DNA of 64,000 nucleotides from Synechococcus sp. SFB_27S_18OctNov_coas_78 (GCA_040260695.1 JBDQPG010000002.1:8171-72170), one strand, 5' to 3'. Positions 20,502 to 33,606 are shown, counted from the stretch's first letter. The notes: a model not told the origin generated them from the sequence alone. Translations and numbers: made by a program.

Positions 20502-20618
20502 AGGGACCAGACGATGTATCGGCGTTGCTATCGGAAATGTCCGATTTGCTCACTCGATATTATTGGCCTTCTTGATGCATCGAGAGACGAAATCCAACCA
20601 CGTTGGAAACTGACGCAT

Positions 20619-21656
20619 TTACCTGGGCAATCCCTGTAGGCCTGAACTGTTCTTGGATTGTGCGTTGGTGACCTCACCGATGACCCATGCCTGGTGGTTG
20701 TTCCTCTGGCATACATCCAGTGTGGATTGTTTCGCTTCCCTTGGAACGATGAGGCAGTACCCAATCCCCATGTTGAACGTGTGCCAAAGATCACGTTCTG
20801 GAATCGTTCCAGCTTCCTGAAGCCACTGGAAGAGTGGAGATCGTGGCCATGCCTCAGGCTCGATCCTGGCTGTGATGCCATCGGGAAGAGAGCGAGGCAA
20901 ATTTTCGGGTAGTCCTCCTCCGGTGATGTGAGCCATTCCATGGATCTTGATGTCGTTGTTCAACAGCTCTTGAACAAGAGAGCCATAGAGCGTTGTGGGA
21001 GCGAGGAGGTCGTTGATGAGGGGTCGTTTCTCCGAGCCATAGCGGGTGGTTTCATCAACACCGGTTGTCTCTAAAACCTTTCGGACAAGGCTGAATCCGT
21101 TGCTGTGCACGCCGCTACTGGCGACGCCGATGATCTGATCCCCCGAGGAAATCGATCGTCCATCGATGAGGTGATCTTCTTCGACGACGGCAACGCAGAA
21201 ACCGGCTAGGTCGTACCGACCTTGGGGGTAAAAGCCTGGCATCTCTGCCGTTTCCCCTCCGAGGAGGGCGCAACCGCTCTGGCGACATCCATCCGCGATT
21301 CCTTCAACCACTTCAGCCATGGCACCTGGACTAAGGGCACCCGTGGCCATGTAGTCGAGAAAAAATAATGGAGAAGCTCCAGAGGTGATCACATCGTTGA
21401 CGCACATCGCCACAAGATCGATGCCCACACCGTGATGGCATTGATGATCTTGAGCGAGCTCAAGCTTGGTACCGACTCCGTCGGTGCCTGAAACAAGGAG
21501 TGGTTTCCGCAGGCCTGCTGGAAGGCGCATCAAGCCGCCAAAGCCGCCGAGTCCTCCCACGACTTCAGGGCGGTGCGTGGCTTCGACTGACGCCTTGATG
21601 CGCTGAACGAAGGCGCGTCCAGCCTCGACATCAACCCCTGCGCTCTTGTAGTCCAT
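20619..21656 (-). CDS. purM: Phosphoribosylformylglycinamidine cyclo-ligase
   Basis: [51 protein letters not shown]. Confidence 0.98.
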   Translation of the reverse strand: MDYKSAGVDVEAGRAFVQRIKASVEATHRPEVVGGLGGFGGLMRLPAGLRKPLLVSGTDGVGTKLELAQDHQCHHGVGIDLVAMCVNDVITSGASPLFFLDYMATGALSPGAMAEVVEGIADGCRQSGCALLGGETAEMPGFYPQGRYDLAGFCVAVVEEDHLIDGRSISSGDQIIGVASSGVHSNGFSLVRKVLETTGVDETTRYGSEKRPLINDLLAPTTLYGSLVQELLNNDIKIHGMAHITGGGLPENLPRSLPDGITARIEPEAWPRSPLFQWLQEAGTIPERDLWHTFNMGIGYCLIVPREAKQSTLDVCQRNNHQAWVIGEVTNAQSKNSSGLQGLPR

Positions 21657-21970
21657 GCAATGAATCCAATCTGGTGATCCTGCCCTGGCGCCAAAACGGC
21701 GTGTCGGCTGGACAGCTGTCCTCGGACTGATCATGCCTCCTTATAAGAGCAACGTCTGCTGCTTATTGGCGGCCATCGGGCTCGGCTGGCGTTTGCTCAG
21801 TGCATCCGGTAAGTGGAGCGCCTGCTACCCAGTGGAGGGTGTGCCATGGCTGGGATTGGTCCGTTCCATGAACGCAATGATTCTGATTAAGTTCAGCTGA
21901 CTTTGAACTTAAAAGCCCTCTGTTACTGATTCCGAAACCTTTCGGTTTGAGTTCAGTTGGTTTGCTTGGC

Positions 21971-22525
21971 ATGCGAGTTTCTCTCACACTGCTCGTTGTT
22001 ACTGGAGCAATTTCAGGTAGTGCAACCCTCTTACCAGTGGGTGCAGCTGATTTTTTTGATCAAGGGATTGCTGATCCCATCGACCCCATTGATTTAATTG
22101 CACCGTCCACTCCTCCTGCCTCGGAACCTGTCAAGGCAACTTTGAGTCCCTCGGACGTTGAAGACGTTCAGAACGTGCTTCCGCCGACGGCTGTCGTCCC
22201 GCCCCCCAAAATCAAGGTCGTGCCGGAAGTTGTCAGGGTGATTACGGGTGAGGCCAGTTGGTACGGACCCGGATTTTTTGGTAATCGCACCGCGAGTGGT
22301 GAGGTTTATAAGCCAGGCACCATGACCGCGGCGCATCGAACTCTGCCGTTTGGCACAAAAGTGCGTGTGACGAACCTTTGGAATGGTCGTTCAGAGGTCA
22401 TTCGGATTAACGATCGCGGCCCATTTGTGCACCATCGGGTTATTGACTTGGGGCATGGAGCCGCCAACAGCCTTGGATTAACGGCTTCCGGCATTGCACA
22501 AGTTCGACTTGAGGTTTTGCGCTGA
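21971..22525 (+). CDS. rlpA: RlpA-family septal ring lytic transglycosylase
   Basis: Signal peptide; GEASWYG, TASGE, TAAHRTLPFGT, RINDRGPF, IDL. Confidence 0.93.
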   Translation: MRVSLTLLVVTGAISGSATLLPVGAADFFDQGIADPIDPIDLIAPSTPPASEPVKATLSPSDVEDVQNVLPPTAVVPPPKIKVVPEVVRVITGEASWYGPGFFGNRTASGEVYKPGTMTAAHRTLPFGTKVRVTNLWNGRSEVIRINDRGPFVHHRVIDLGHGAANSLGLTASGIAQVRLEVLR

Positions 22526-24048
22526 GCTGTCCCCTTCTCCGGACCACGGATGATTTAAAAGACTGGATCACTGCTCAAGAGGGTGATCTTCAGTTTGTTC
22601 CCACGATGGGTGGACTCCATGCCGGCCATGGAACTGTGATCCGATCAGCCTCAGAGATCGGTCCGACTCTGGTGAGCATTTTCGTGAATCCACTGCAGTT
22701 CGGCCCAGAGGAGGATTTCTTGCGCTATCCCCGCAGCCTTGACTCAGATCTTGCGCTGGCAGAACGCTGGGGTGCTGCAGCTGTTTGGGCCCCTTCGGTG
22801 GAACAGATCTACCCCCAGGGGGGTGAGAGTCGTTCGCCAACGATGCAAATTCCACCTGCCCTGCAGCAGCACCTCTGTGGCGCGATGCGACCGGGACACT
22901 TCGATGGGGTGGTAGCGGTTGTGGCCCGATTGTTGGATCTGGTTCGCCCTCGCCAGCTTTGGCTTGGTGAAAAGGACTGGCAACAACTTGTGATTCTGCG
23001 CTGGTTGGTGGCCCATTTGGCACTACCGGTGTTTGTTCGAGGTGTCGCCACCGTTCGCGAGGCTGATGGTTTGGCCTTGAGTTCGAGGAATCAATACCTG
23101 ACGGGAGATCAAAGGGAGTTGGCCGCGGCGTTGCCAAAGGCATTTCAGACAGCTAGGGACGCTGATCGCGATCCACTCCCAGCACTACAGCGCTCCCTCT
23201 CTGATGCAGGATTTGATGTGGAATACGTTCAACGCGTTGACCCTCGTACGCTTCAACCCTGTGGGCAGGAGACAGCAATCTCATTGCTTGCAGCAGCTGT
23301 TCGTTGTGGGTCAACGCGGTTGATTGATCATGCTTTTTTGATGACTCGCCAGCCTCTTGTTGCGATTGATGGTCCGGCTGGAGCTGGAAAAAGTACGGTC
23401 ACGCGAGCATTCGCTGAGCGCTTGGGGCTCGTTTACCTCGATACAGGGGCGATGTATCGCTCAGTCACTTGGTTTGTTCAGCAGCGAGGTGTTCACCCCT
23501 CTGATGGGGTGGCGATCGAACCTCTGCTCAAGGATCTGGATGTGCAGCTGCAGTCCCTACCCGGTGGAGTCCAGAAAGTCTTGGTGAATGGAGAGGATGT
23601 GAGCTCCGCAATTCGCTCTCCAAACGTCACTGCATCGGTGTCTGCCGTTGCAGCTCATCGTTGCGTGCGTCAAGCCTTGACCGTGCAGCAGAAAGCAATG
23701 GGTTCCAAAGGCGGGCTGGTGGCGGAGGGACGGGATATTGGGACCGCTGTTTTCCCGGATGCTGATCTGAAGGTGTTCCTCACGGCCACGGTGGGCGAAC
23801 GCGCCCGGCGCCGTGCTCTGGATCTGGAGCAGCGGGGCTTCCCGGTGCCGGAGCGATCTGAGCTCGAAGCACAGATTGCTGAACGGGATCATCTCGACAG
23901 CACGCGCGAGGAAGCCCCGTTGGTGAAAGCGGAGGATGCTGTGGAGCTCGTGACCGATGGCATGAGCATCGAGGCTGTGATCGACGCCCTGGTGGGGCAG
24001 TTCCGGTCTCGGGTGGCTGAAGAAGCCTGGCCTACGCCGGCGGGCTGA
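22522..24048 (+). CDS. panC/cmk: Bifunctional pantoate--beta-alanine ligase / cytidylate kinase (CTG start at 22522 inferred)
   Basis: FVPTMGGLHAGH, SIFVNPLQF, RPGHFDGV, GEKDWQQ, SSRN; then AIDGPAGAGKST, LDTGAMYR, EGRDIGT. Confidence 0.96.
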   Translation: MSCPLLRTTDDLKDWITAQEGDLQFVPTMGGLHAGHGTVIRSASEIGPTLVSIFVNPLQFGPEEDFLRYPRSLDSDLALAERWGAAAVWAPSVEQIYPQGGESRSPTMQIPPALQQHLCGAMRPGHFDGVVAVVARLLDLVRPRQLWLGEKDWQQLVILRWLVAHLALPVFVRGVATVREADGLALSSRNQYLTGDQRELAAALPKAFQTARDADRDPLPALQRSLSDAGFDVEYVQRVDPRTLQPCGQETAISLLAAAVRCGSTRLIDHAFLMTRQPLVAIDGPAGAGKSTVTRAFAERLGLVYLDTGAMYRSVTWFVQQRGVHPSDGVAIEPLLKDLDVQLQSLPGGVQKVLVNGEDVSSAIRSPNVTASVSAVAAHRCVRQALTVQQKAMGSKGGLVAEGRDIGTAVFPDADLKVFLTATVGERARRRALDLEQRGFPVPERSELEAQIAERDHLDSTREEAPLVKAEDAVELVTDGMSIEAVIDALVGQFRSRVAEEAWPTPAG

Positions 24049-24511
24049 GCTCATCCAGCAGGTTGGAGCAAGCGTCTTCGAGCAGATCGAGCACATGCTC
24101 GAAGCCCGCCTCGCCCCCGTAATAGGGATCCGGCACCTCCGTTTCAGAGAATCCCCGGGCGTAGCTGAGCATGGGCTTGATGCTGGCCGTTGCTCTTGGC
24201 CCGGCTTCGCGAGCCAGTCCCTTGACGGCCGCGAGATTGTCGTCGTCCATGGTCAGCACCAGATCGAAACTCGAGAAATCGTCGAGGCTGATCTGCCGTG
24301 CGCGGCTGGGCAGCTGAATGCCGCGACGGTTGGCTGCAGCCTGCATGCGTCGGTCTGCCGGATTGCCCACGTGCCATCCGCCCGTTCCGGCGGAATCGAC
24401 AACGAACTGATCACTGAGACCGCGTTCTTCGAGCAGATGCAGGAAGACGCCTTCGGCCGCTGGTGAGCGGCAGATGTTGCCGAGGCAGACGAACAACAGT
24501 TTCTGGGTCAT
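24032..24511 (-). CDS. Low-molecular-weight protein-tyrosine phosphatase
   Basis: VCLGNICRSP P-loop, DSAGT, VPDPYYG; usual border gene of the Synechococcus rod region. Confidence 0.95.
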   Translation of the reverse strand: MTQKLLFVCLGNICRSPAAEGVFLHLLEERGLSDQFVVDSAGTGGWHVGNPADRRMQAAANRRGIQLPSRARQISLDDFSSFDLVLTMDDDNLAAVKGLAREAGPRATASIKPMLSYARGFSETEVPDPYYGGEAGFEHVLDLLEDACSNLLDELSPPA

Positions 24512-25149
24512 CCGGCGTTGAGGCGTTGGAGGGCCAGTGCGGCCCGAAGGCGCACCACCTTGACATCTTCCTTGGCGTCTGAATTCAGCTGTTCAAGAGC
24601 TTCAATGCCAGCGTTGCGCAGCGCATCCGGGCAATGGGCATCGTTTAGCCGGCGTTCCAGGCCAACCGTCACGGCGTAACGCACAATCCATTCGCCATCA
24701 CCTGTGGCTTGGATCAGCCCCGACAGGCAGCGCTGTCGTTCTTCATCAGCTTGCTCAGCATCACTGAGCTGCAGGTTCCCGAGACCGCAGGCGGCTGCTC
24801 GACGCACGCTGGGCCCGATGTCTGCGGCGAGAGCCCGCTCGAGCACAGATAGGCCTCGGCGATCACCGATGCCCGCGAGGGCCCGCACCGACCAAGCCCG
24901 GGCTCCGTAGTTGTAGCCATCCAGGTTGTCGAGGATGGTGTCGACAACCGGTTCGCCGATCGCGATCAGCCCATCAACGGCGGCAACTGCTGCACCGGGA
25001 TTGTTGAAGCCAAGGATTTCCAACAGGCAGGGTGCACTGTCCGGATGACCTGTGGCGGCAAGAGCTTCGGTGGCCTCCAGCAGTCCGTCGGAGGTGTCTG
25101 CCCTGACCACTGCATCGATCAGGGTCTGAATTTCAGGGGGAGTGGTCAT
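24508..25149 (-). CDS. cpcF: Phycocyanin alpha-84 lyase subunit F (CpcF/RpcF), HEAT repeats
   Basis: LGFNNPGAAVAAVDGL, DGYNYGARAW, DGEWIVRYA. Confidence 0.9.
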   Translation of the reverse strand: MTTPPEIQTLIDAVVRADTSDGLLEATEALAATGHPDSAPCLLEILGFNNPGAAVAAVDGLIAIGEPVVDTILDNLDGYNYGARAWSVRALAGIGDRRGLSVLERALAADIGPSVRRAAACGLGNLQLSDAEQADEERQRCLSGLIQATGDGEWIVRYAVTVGLERRLNDAHCPDALRNAGIEALEQLNSDAKEDVKVVRLRAALALQRLNAG

Positions 25150-25151
25150 CG

Positions 25152-25988
25152 TCAGAGCAGGGCGTCCATGGCATCCAGTACGGCTTCATCGGGAGCTGGC
25201 TTGTCCGTTTGTTCGGCGAGACCTCGCAGCGCAATCAATTTCAGGCTGTTCTCCGCCAGTGTGTTGCTGATCGCGTCCAGGGCTGGGTACCAGCCGGTGG
25301 CACCAAGATCCATCAGGGCCGCTCGGCGGACCTGCAGCTGGTCGTGGTGCAGCAACGCAACCATCCGCTCTCCCCATTGGGATTCACCCGTGAGTTGGAG
25401 CAGAGCCCTGCAGGCGGAACTGCGCACCACCGGACGCTCGTGCTCGAGGAACAGATGCAGCACCTGGAGCACCTGATCTTCACCCACACCAATGTCGCCC
25501 AAGGCTTCAAGCATGGCGTCGCAGGGTTCCTTCAGTCTTGGCGTGCCCTCCTCTCGGTCACCAGCCACGGCCGGCCCACTGGCCAGCCGTGCCACGAGAA
25601 GTGGTACGGCAGCTTTGGCGTTCAGCTGTCCGAGCGAGCGAGCTGCGGCTTCCCGCAATCCATGGTCGTCGTCGTTGAGGGTCTCCAGCAGGTCGGGAAT
25701 CGCTGGTGCGGCGATCGAGCCAAGCTTCCCGAGGGCTCGCGCAGCGTTGCGAGCCACCGCGTTCTCCTCCACATCGTCTCCCAGTTGCCGTGGTCGACGC
25801 TGCTGAAGCGCTTTCCTCAACAGGATTACCGCTTGGGGATGCTGGCTGCGTTGTCGACCCAGCCACCAGGCGGCGTAGTACTGCGCTGAGGGATCGTCAT
25901 CCAATTGCAGACGCCTGAGGGCCTCAGGTTCATCGATCGGATCGCCCGCGCCACTTTGCGTGGCATCGGCTCCCGGTTGCATCGCCAT
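25152..25988 (-). CDS. cpcE: Phycocyanin alpha-84 lyase subunit E (CpcE/RpcE), HEAT repeats
   Basis: YYAAWWLG, RNAARALGKL, QVRRAALMDLGA, AENSLKLIAL; directly downstream of cpcA. Confidence 0.9.
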   Translation of the reverse strand: MAMQPGADATQSGAGDPIDEPEALRRLQLDDDPSAQYYAAWWLGRQRSQHPQAVILLRKALQQRRPRQLGDDVEENAVARNAARALGKLGSIAAPAIPDLLETLNDDDHGLREAAARSLGQLNAKAAVPLLVARLASGPAVAGDREEGTPRLKEPCDAMLEALGDIGVGEDQVLQVLHLFLEHERPVVRSSACRALLQLTGESQWGERMVALLHHDQLQVRRAALMDLGATGWYPALDAISNTLAENSLKLIALRGLAEQTDKPAPDEAVLDAMDALL

Positions 25989-26030
25989 GGCGGAGCTGGT
26001 CTTCAATGTTGATGTTGCCATTGGCATGGC

Positions 26031-26060
26031 AAAAGAAAGGCCCCCCTTGCGGGAGGCCTT
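26031..26060 (-). terminator. Rho-independent terminator after cpcBA
   Basis: Minus strand AAGGCCTCCC-GCAA-GGGGGGCCTT followed by TCTTTT. Confidence 0.85.
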
Positions 26061-26099
26061 AACTTCGCTGGCATTCAAAGCTGCTTGCTGATCGTTCGA

Positions 26100-26588
26100 T
26101 CAGACCAGGGCGTTGATGGCGTAGTCGAAGTAGTTGTTGGCTTCGGTGGCAGCCTCACCACTCAGGCCGTGGTTGGCTTTGATGTACTTCAGCGCTTCCA
26201 CATACCAGGAGGGGGAGAGCTCGAAGGTGCGGTTGATCTCATCGAGACCAGCGATCAGGTAGTCGTCCATGGGACCGGTGCCACCAGCGACCAGGCAGTA
26301 GGTCACCATGCGCAGGTAGTAGCCGATGTCACGGGAGCACTTGGCCTTGCCTTCAGGGGTGGAGGCGTAAGTCGGTCCCTGCATCTGGGTGGTGTAGGGG
26401 AACTTGCTGTACACGGCCTGTGCAGCACCGTTCACCAGGGTGTCAGCCTTGGTGGTGAGGGCTTTAGCAGCCTCGAGAGCAGCCTTGGCGCGGTTGAAGC
26501 GACCGAAAGCACCCTGGATTTCGGTGTTGCTGAGGAAGCGACCCTGGGAGTCGGCGGCGGCAACCGCTTCGGTGAGGGGGGTTTTCAT
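26100..26588 (-). CDS. cpcA: Phycocyanin alpha subunit (CpcA/RpcA)
   Basis: [33 protein letters not shown] (Cys84), 162 aa. Confidence 0.98.
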   Translation of the reverse strand: MKTPLTEAVAAADSQGRFLSNTEIQGAFGRFNRAKAALEAAKALTTKADTLVNGAAQAVYSKFPYTTQMQGPTYASTPEGKAKCSRDIGYYLRMVTYCLVAGGTGPMDDYLIAGLDEINRTFELSPSWYVEALKYIKANHGLSGEAATEANNYFDYAINALV

Positions 26589-26631
26589 GAGTCTGAAAAA
26601 GGTGGTGTGAACGTCTGAAACCGGGTCGCGA

Positions 26632-27150
26632 TCAGGCGACGGCGGCAGCAGCGCGGTCGAAGTAGGTGCCGATCTCGCTCATCAGCGCGGTGCAGTCACC
26701 GTTGGTGATGCCGGCCTTGTCATTGGCGATGGAGATGGCGGCGTCCTTCATCATGTTCACGCCGGCAGCCACGGAAGCACCGGGGGTGCCCAGAGCCAGG
26801 TAGGTCTCACGCAGACCGTTCAGGCAGCGGTCTTCCATCACGGAAGCGTCGCCGGTGAAGATCGAGTAGGTGACGTAGCGAAGGATGATCTCCATGTCGC
26901 GCAGGCAAGCAGCCATGCGACGGGAGGTGTAAGCGTTGCCGCCGGGGGCGATCAGGGCAGGCTGCTGAGCGAACAGCTGGCGAGCTGCGTCGGCAACGAT
27001 GCTGGATGCGTTGCTGGTGATGCGGTTGACGGTATCCAGGCGCTTATTGCTTTCGGAAACCATCGCGGCCAGGGCGTCGATTTCGCTGGCGTTGAGGAAT
27101 TGGCCCCGGGCATCGGCCTGGGCGACAACCTTGGTGAAGGCGTCGAACAT
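26632..27150 (-). CDS. cpcB: Phycocyanin beta subunit (CpcB/RpcB)
   Basis: [27 protein letters not shown] (Cys82), ITNGDC (Cys153), 172 aa. Confidence 0.98.
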   Translation of the reverse strand: MFDAFTKVVAQADARGQFLNASEIDALAAMVSESNKRLDTVNRITSNASSIVADAARQLFAQQPALIAPGGNAYTSRRMAACLRDMEIILRYVTYSIFTGDASVMEDRCLNGLRETYLALGTPGASVAAGVNMMKDAAISIANDKAGITNGDCTALMSEIGTYFDRAAAAVA

Positions 27151-27323
27151 GTTGGTGCTCCTGTGGACTACGTCTGGAGAATGTCTTCAGACAGGGATGG
27201 GTGCCGGGAGGCAGGTCGCATCCCGTCGAGAGAGATTCTGACCAACGGCTCGAGACGCCTGCGACAGCTGTTCATAATGCTTAACTCCGCTGCGACAACA
27301 AGGGAGTTGAGCGTTCCTTCTGC

Positions 27324-29414
<2,091 letters not shown>

Positions 29415-29415
<1 letters not shown>

Positions 29416-29627
29416 CAGCTCCCCTGCTGCGCGATCTGATCCTGCAGTTGCTGAAGGATGCCTTCGATGCGCTGCAGTTCGGGATGGTCGGCGAGGGTGG
29501 CGTCGATTTTCTTCTGGGGCAGCTTCAATTTTTGCCCCATGCCGATCACGTCTTGCTTCAGGCGATCGCGGTAGGCGGTGAGCTCCTCAATGGATTCCTT
29601 GAGTTCCTGGGCGGACGCGTCGGTCAT
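29415..29627 (-). CDS. Small coiled-coil hypothetical protein of the rod region
   Basis: 70-aa ATG ORF, TGATG-coupled to cpeU. Confidence 0.8.
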
Positions 29628-29994
29628 GGTTTGGGCAGGAATTTGTGGAGCCTACGGGCTGCAGAAGAGCCAATTAAATAGATGGGTCAAAGATGAAGTG
29701 AATTGGAAGATCCCGTTGTTTTGTTCTCGAGTTGCGCGATTGGAGGGAAGAGGCTTTCACCGCTTTTTAAGTGGAGCACTGGAGTTAGCGGTGTTTTTGC
29801 TTCCTCCATGACGAAGGTTTGCGTGATCTGCCCTGCATGGGGTACTTGGCGGGAGAAGCGGCTTACTTTTGCTGAACGCCGGACCTTTCGAGGTCCAGCA
29901 CTAAGCCACCAAACCTTCGGCCCTCGGGTTGAAGCCAATGGCCAGAGCTCCTGAACGGGTCCTGACTGCTGGATTGGCGGCTACCAGCCCCTAA

Positions 29995-30570
<576 letters not shown>

Positions 30571-30585
30571 ATCAGCGAGAGATAA

Positions 30586-31119
<534 letters not shown>

Positions 31120-31145
31120 TCAGTTTCTGATTCAGTCGAACGTTG

Positions 31146-31174
31146 AAAGGAGGCCTTCGGGCCTCCTTTTTTTT
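31146..31174 (+). terminator. Rho-independent terminator after cpeBA
   Basis: AAAGGAGGCC-TTCG-GGCCTCCTTT followed by a T-tract. Confidence 0.93.
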
Positions 31175-31256
31175 GTCTTGTTGAGATCATGGGCTTGGCA
31201 AGTCCGAGCCCTGATCTGCGTTTTAGGGTCGCATTCTCATCGCTTGAATCGCGGAC

Positions 31257-31886
31257 ATGGGTGCTGAACACGACGCCGTGCCCGACCTCGATCGGTTGTT
31301 CGCCGATCTGGCTCACCCCAATCCCTACATCCAGACCGAGGCCTTCACGGCGATGGCGCAGCATTGGCAAGCCGAAGCCATGCCGCGTTTGATTGCTCTG
31401 TTGGATCAGCCCGATGTGTCGCTGCGGCGGGCTTCCGTACGGGGGCTGGGTGCATTCGGCGAACGTGCCATGCAACCCATCGCCGATTGCTTTCGCTCCA
31501 GTGCTGATGGCACCGTGCGGGCCAGTTGTGTGAAGGCGTATGCCCAGTTGGCCTCCAACTACCCCGGGCTTCCCTTCAGCGAGGAGGCGATGCAGGTGCT
31601 TCGCGATGGACTTCAGGACAGCTCACCGGTGGTTGCCGTTGCTTCGGTGATGGCTCTCGGTCAGGTGGGGCAGCAGGCCGTTTCGTTGCTGCTGGAGATC
31701 AGTCGCGGTGACAATCCGGCCCAGGGTGTTGCGGCGGTGAATGCCTTGGCTGAGATCAACGACCCTGCTGTTGAACAAGGGTTTGAAGAGCTGCTCGCCG
31801 ACCCAAGCATCGATGGCTATGTGCGTGAAACACTCACCTCCGCTTTGCTGCGTGTGCGCGATCTCAAGGCGCGTCAGCCTTCCTGA
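31257..31886 (+). CDS. cpeZ: CpeZ HEAT-repeat lyase partner/chaperone
   Basis: LFADLAHPNP, DVSLRRASVRGLG, TVRASCVKA; downstream of cpeA. Confidence 0.88.
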   Translation: MGAEHDAVPDLDRLFADLAHPNPYIQTEAFTAMAQHWQAEAMPRLIALLDQPDVSLRRASVRGLGAFGERAMQPIADCFRSSADGTVRASCVKAYAQLASNYPGLPFSEEAMQVLRDGLQDSSPVVAVASVMALGQVGQQAVSLLLEISRGDNPAQGVAAVNALAEINDPAVEQGFEELLADPSIDGYVRETLTSALLRVRDLKARQPS

Positions 31887-32770
31887 TCCAGCTGGTTGAT
31901 GGCGAGTTGAAGCACCGCTTTGACGTCGGCTTGTTGTTCCCGTTCCAGTTGCTGGGAAAGGCTTGCAATGCTGCCCGCTGCTTGCAATTTCATCAGGGAG
32001 AGGGCCGCATTTTTGCGGACCTGCCCTTGTGGATCGCTGAGTAGGGGTTCCAGTCGGGGGACGGCCCAATCGGGGCTGTGCAATTTGCCCAGCAGGGTTG
32101 CTGCTTCAGCGCGAACGTCGGTTTCGGCATCGGTGAGCGCATTTTCCACCAGCTCTCGGGCGGCATCGTCCCCCAGGGCTTGGATCTGATCGCCTAGGGC
32201 TGCAATTGCTGCACAACGAATTTCCGCATGCTCCGATGTGGCGGCCTTGCGCAGCGCCTCCGGTGCACGGGCCCCCACGAAGGCCAGGCCCCAACTGGCC
32301 AGACCCAGCTGCATCGCGGTGCTGGTGGGGTTGATCAGAATCTCGAGCATTCCATCAATGGCTTCTTCCCCCACGGCGGCCATGGCCCCCACGGCGGATC
32401 CCTGCACCACCGGATCTGGGTCCTGCAGCAGGGCCCTCTGCAGCACGGGGAGTGCCCGGGGGTCTTCGATCAAAGTGAGTGTTTTGGCTGCTGCGCGCCG
32501 CACCGTGACGCTTTCATGCTCAGCCAGGGCGCGACACAACGACGGCACGGCAGCCTTGCCCACCACGCCAAGGCTCTCGGCAAAGGTGAGACGCATCAGG
32601 CCACGGGGATCACCCAGCCCGGCCACCATCCGCTCGATGCTTTCGCCGTCGGCAGCAGGCACCTGTCCATTGCGCAACTGCTGCTTCAGTTCTTTGGCCA
32701 GTTCACTGGCTTCGTCTTCGTTCAGCTGTTGGTTTTGCCCATTAACGGACAGAGACTGAAGGTCACTCAT
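31874..32770 (-). CDS. cpeF: CpeF/MpeV-family HEAT-repeat lyase (PE beta Cys50/61)
   Basis: MVAGLGDPRGLMRLTFAESLG, VTVRRAAAKTLTL, DPVVQGSAVGA; cpeF rather than mpeV is inferred from the PEB-only context. Confidence 0.8.
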   Translation of the reverse strand: MSDLQSLSVNGQNQQLNEDEASELAKELKQQLRNGQVPAADGESIERMVAGLGDPRGLMRLTFAESLGVVGKAAVPSLCRALAEHESVTVRRAAAKTLTLIEDPRALPVLQRALLQDPDPVVQGSAVGAMAAVGEEAIDGMLEILINPTSTAMQLGLASWGLAFVGARAPEALRKAATSEHAEIRCAAIAALGDQIQALGDDAARELVENALTDAETDVRAEAATLLGKLHSPDWAVPRLEPLLSDPQGQVRKNAALSLMKLQAAGSIASLSQQLEREQQADVKAVLQLAINQLDQEG

Positions 32771-32846
32771 GACCGTTGCGCACCGGAGCCATGAATTATC
32801 GAACTTCTTCCTCTCGCTCTAGGGTCTTCGTCACAGAGCTAGAGCC

Positions 32847-33272
32847 ATGACCTGCTTCGTCCTTTCCCACAATTTGCAGGTGCAGTCTGAGGATTTACCG
32901 GCCTTGTCTGCCGCTGAATTGGCTGCTGGTTTGCAGGCCCATGGCGACTGGATCAGCACGGTTGAACCGCTGGCTCACCCCCATTGGTTGGTGAAGCTGG
33001 AGGCAGAGGGCAGTGCTGATGAGCTGGCCGATGCGTTGGTTCTCACTTGGCGGTCTTTCCGCAAGGCATGCGGACACTCTGAGGATCACAACCTGCTGGC
33101 CCTTGGGGGCCGGAAAGACACTGCTGGCGCCCCGGGTTCACCGCTTCAAGAGGGCAGTTGGGGCGTGGATGTGGTGGAAACCATCGATGGCTCTGCTTTC
33201 CTTCAGGCCATCAACTGGGAGGGTTTGAAACAGGGACGCCCAGCTGATGGCGTGTTTGAACGACGCGCCTAG
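32847..33272 (+). CDS. DUF2656-like conserved hypothetical protein
   Basis: LSHNL, PHWLV, LALGGRK, SPLQ.GSWGVDVVET, FL.AINW. Confidence 0.75.
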   Translation: MTCFVLSHNLQVQSEDLPALSAAELAAGLQAHGDWISTVEPLAHPHWLVKLEAEGSADELADALVLTWRSFRKACGHSEDHNLLALGGRKDTAGAPGSPLQEGSWGVDVVETIDGSAFLQAINWEGLKQGRPADGVFERRA

Positions 33273-33276
33273 GGCG

Positions 33277-33606
33277 TCACTTTTTGGTGCGGCGTCTCCG
33301 TTTGGACGTTTCTTTGGCCGGGCTTGCGGCCTCTGCCGAGGGGGTTGGCTGGACCTCTGCCGTTGCCGTGTCTGCAGCCTGTGCCCGCACAGACAAAATC
33401 TGGATGCCGCGTTGATGCATCAGCTGAAAGTTGCGGCTGAGCAGGTAGAAGGGCACACGTTGTTGCCGCGCGCTGCGCAGGGGGGTATCAACGCCGATGC
33501 CCGTGGCCACGTGCAAGGAGTTCGCCAAGGAAGGCCCCATTCTTGTGCTCGGAATGACTGGGCTCAGATTGCCGGGCCTGGGCAATTGTTTCCAGCGCAT
33601 GGACAC
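33277..33606 (-). CDS. Hypothetical basic protein with a degenerate CpcD-like linker motif
   Basis: RVPFYLLSRNFQLMHQRGIQILSV resembles the C-termini of the linkers in this window; basic tail. Confidence 0.6.
   Translation of the reverse strand: MSMRWKQLPRPGNLSPVIPSTRMGPSLANSLHVATGIGVDTPLRSARQQRVPFYLLSRNFQLMHQRGIQILSVRAQAADTATAEVQPTPSAEAASPAKETSKRRRRTKK

Noticed and set aside
25989-26078. N-terminal extension of cpcE in the ORF track
   Set aside because: Crosses the cpcBA terminator hairpin; downstream ATGs fit better.
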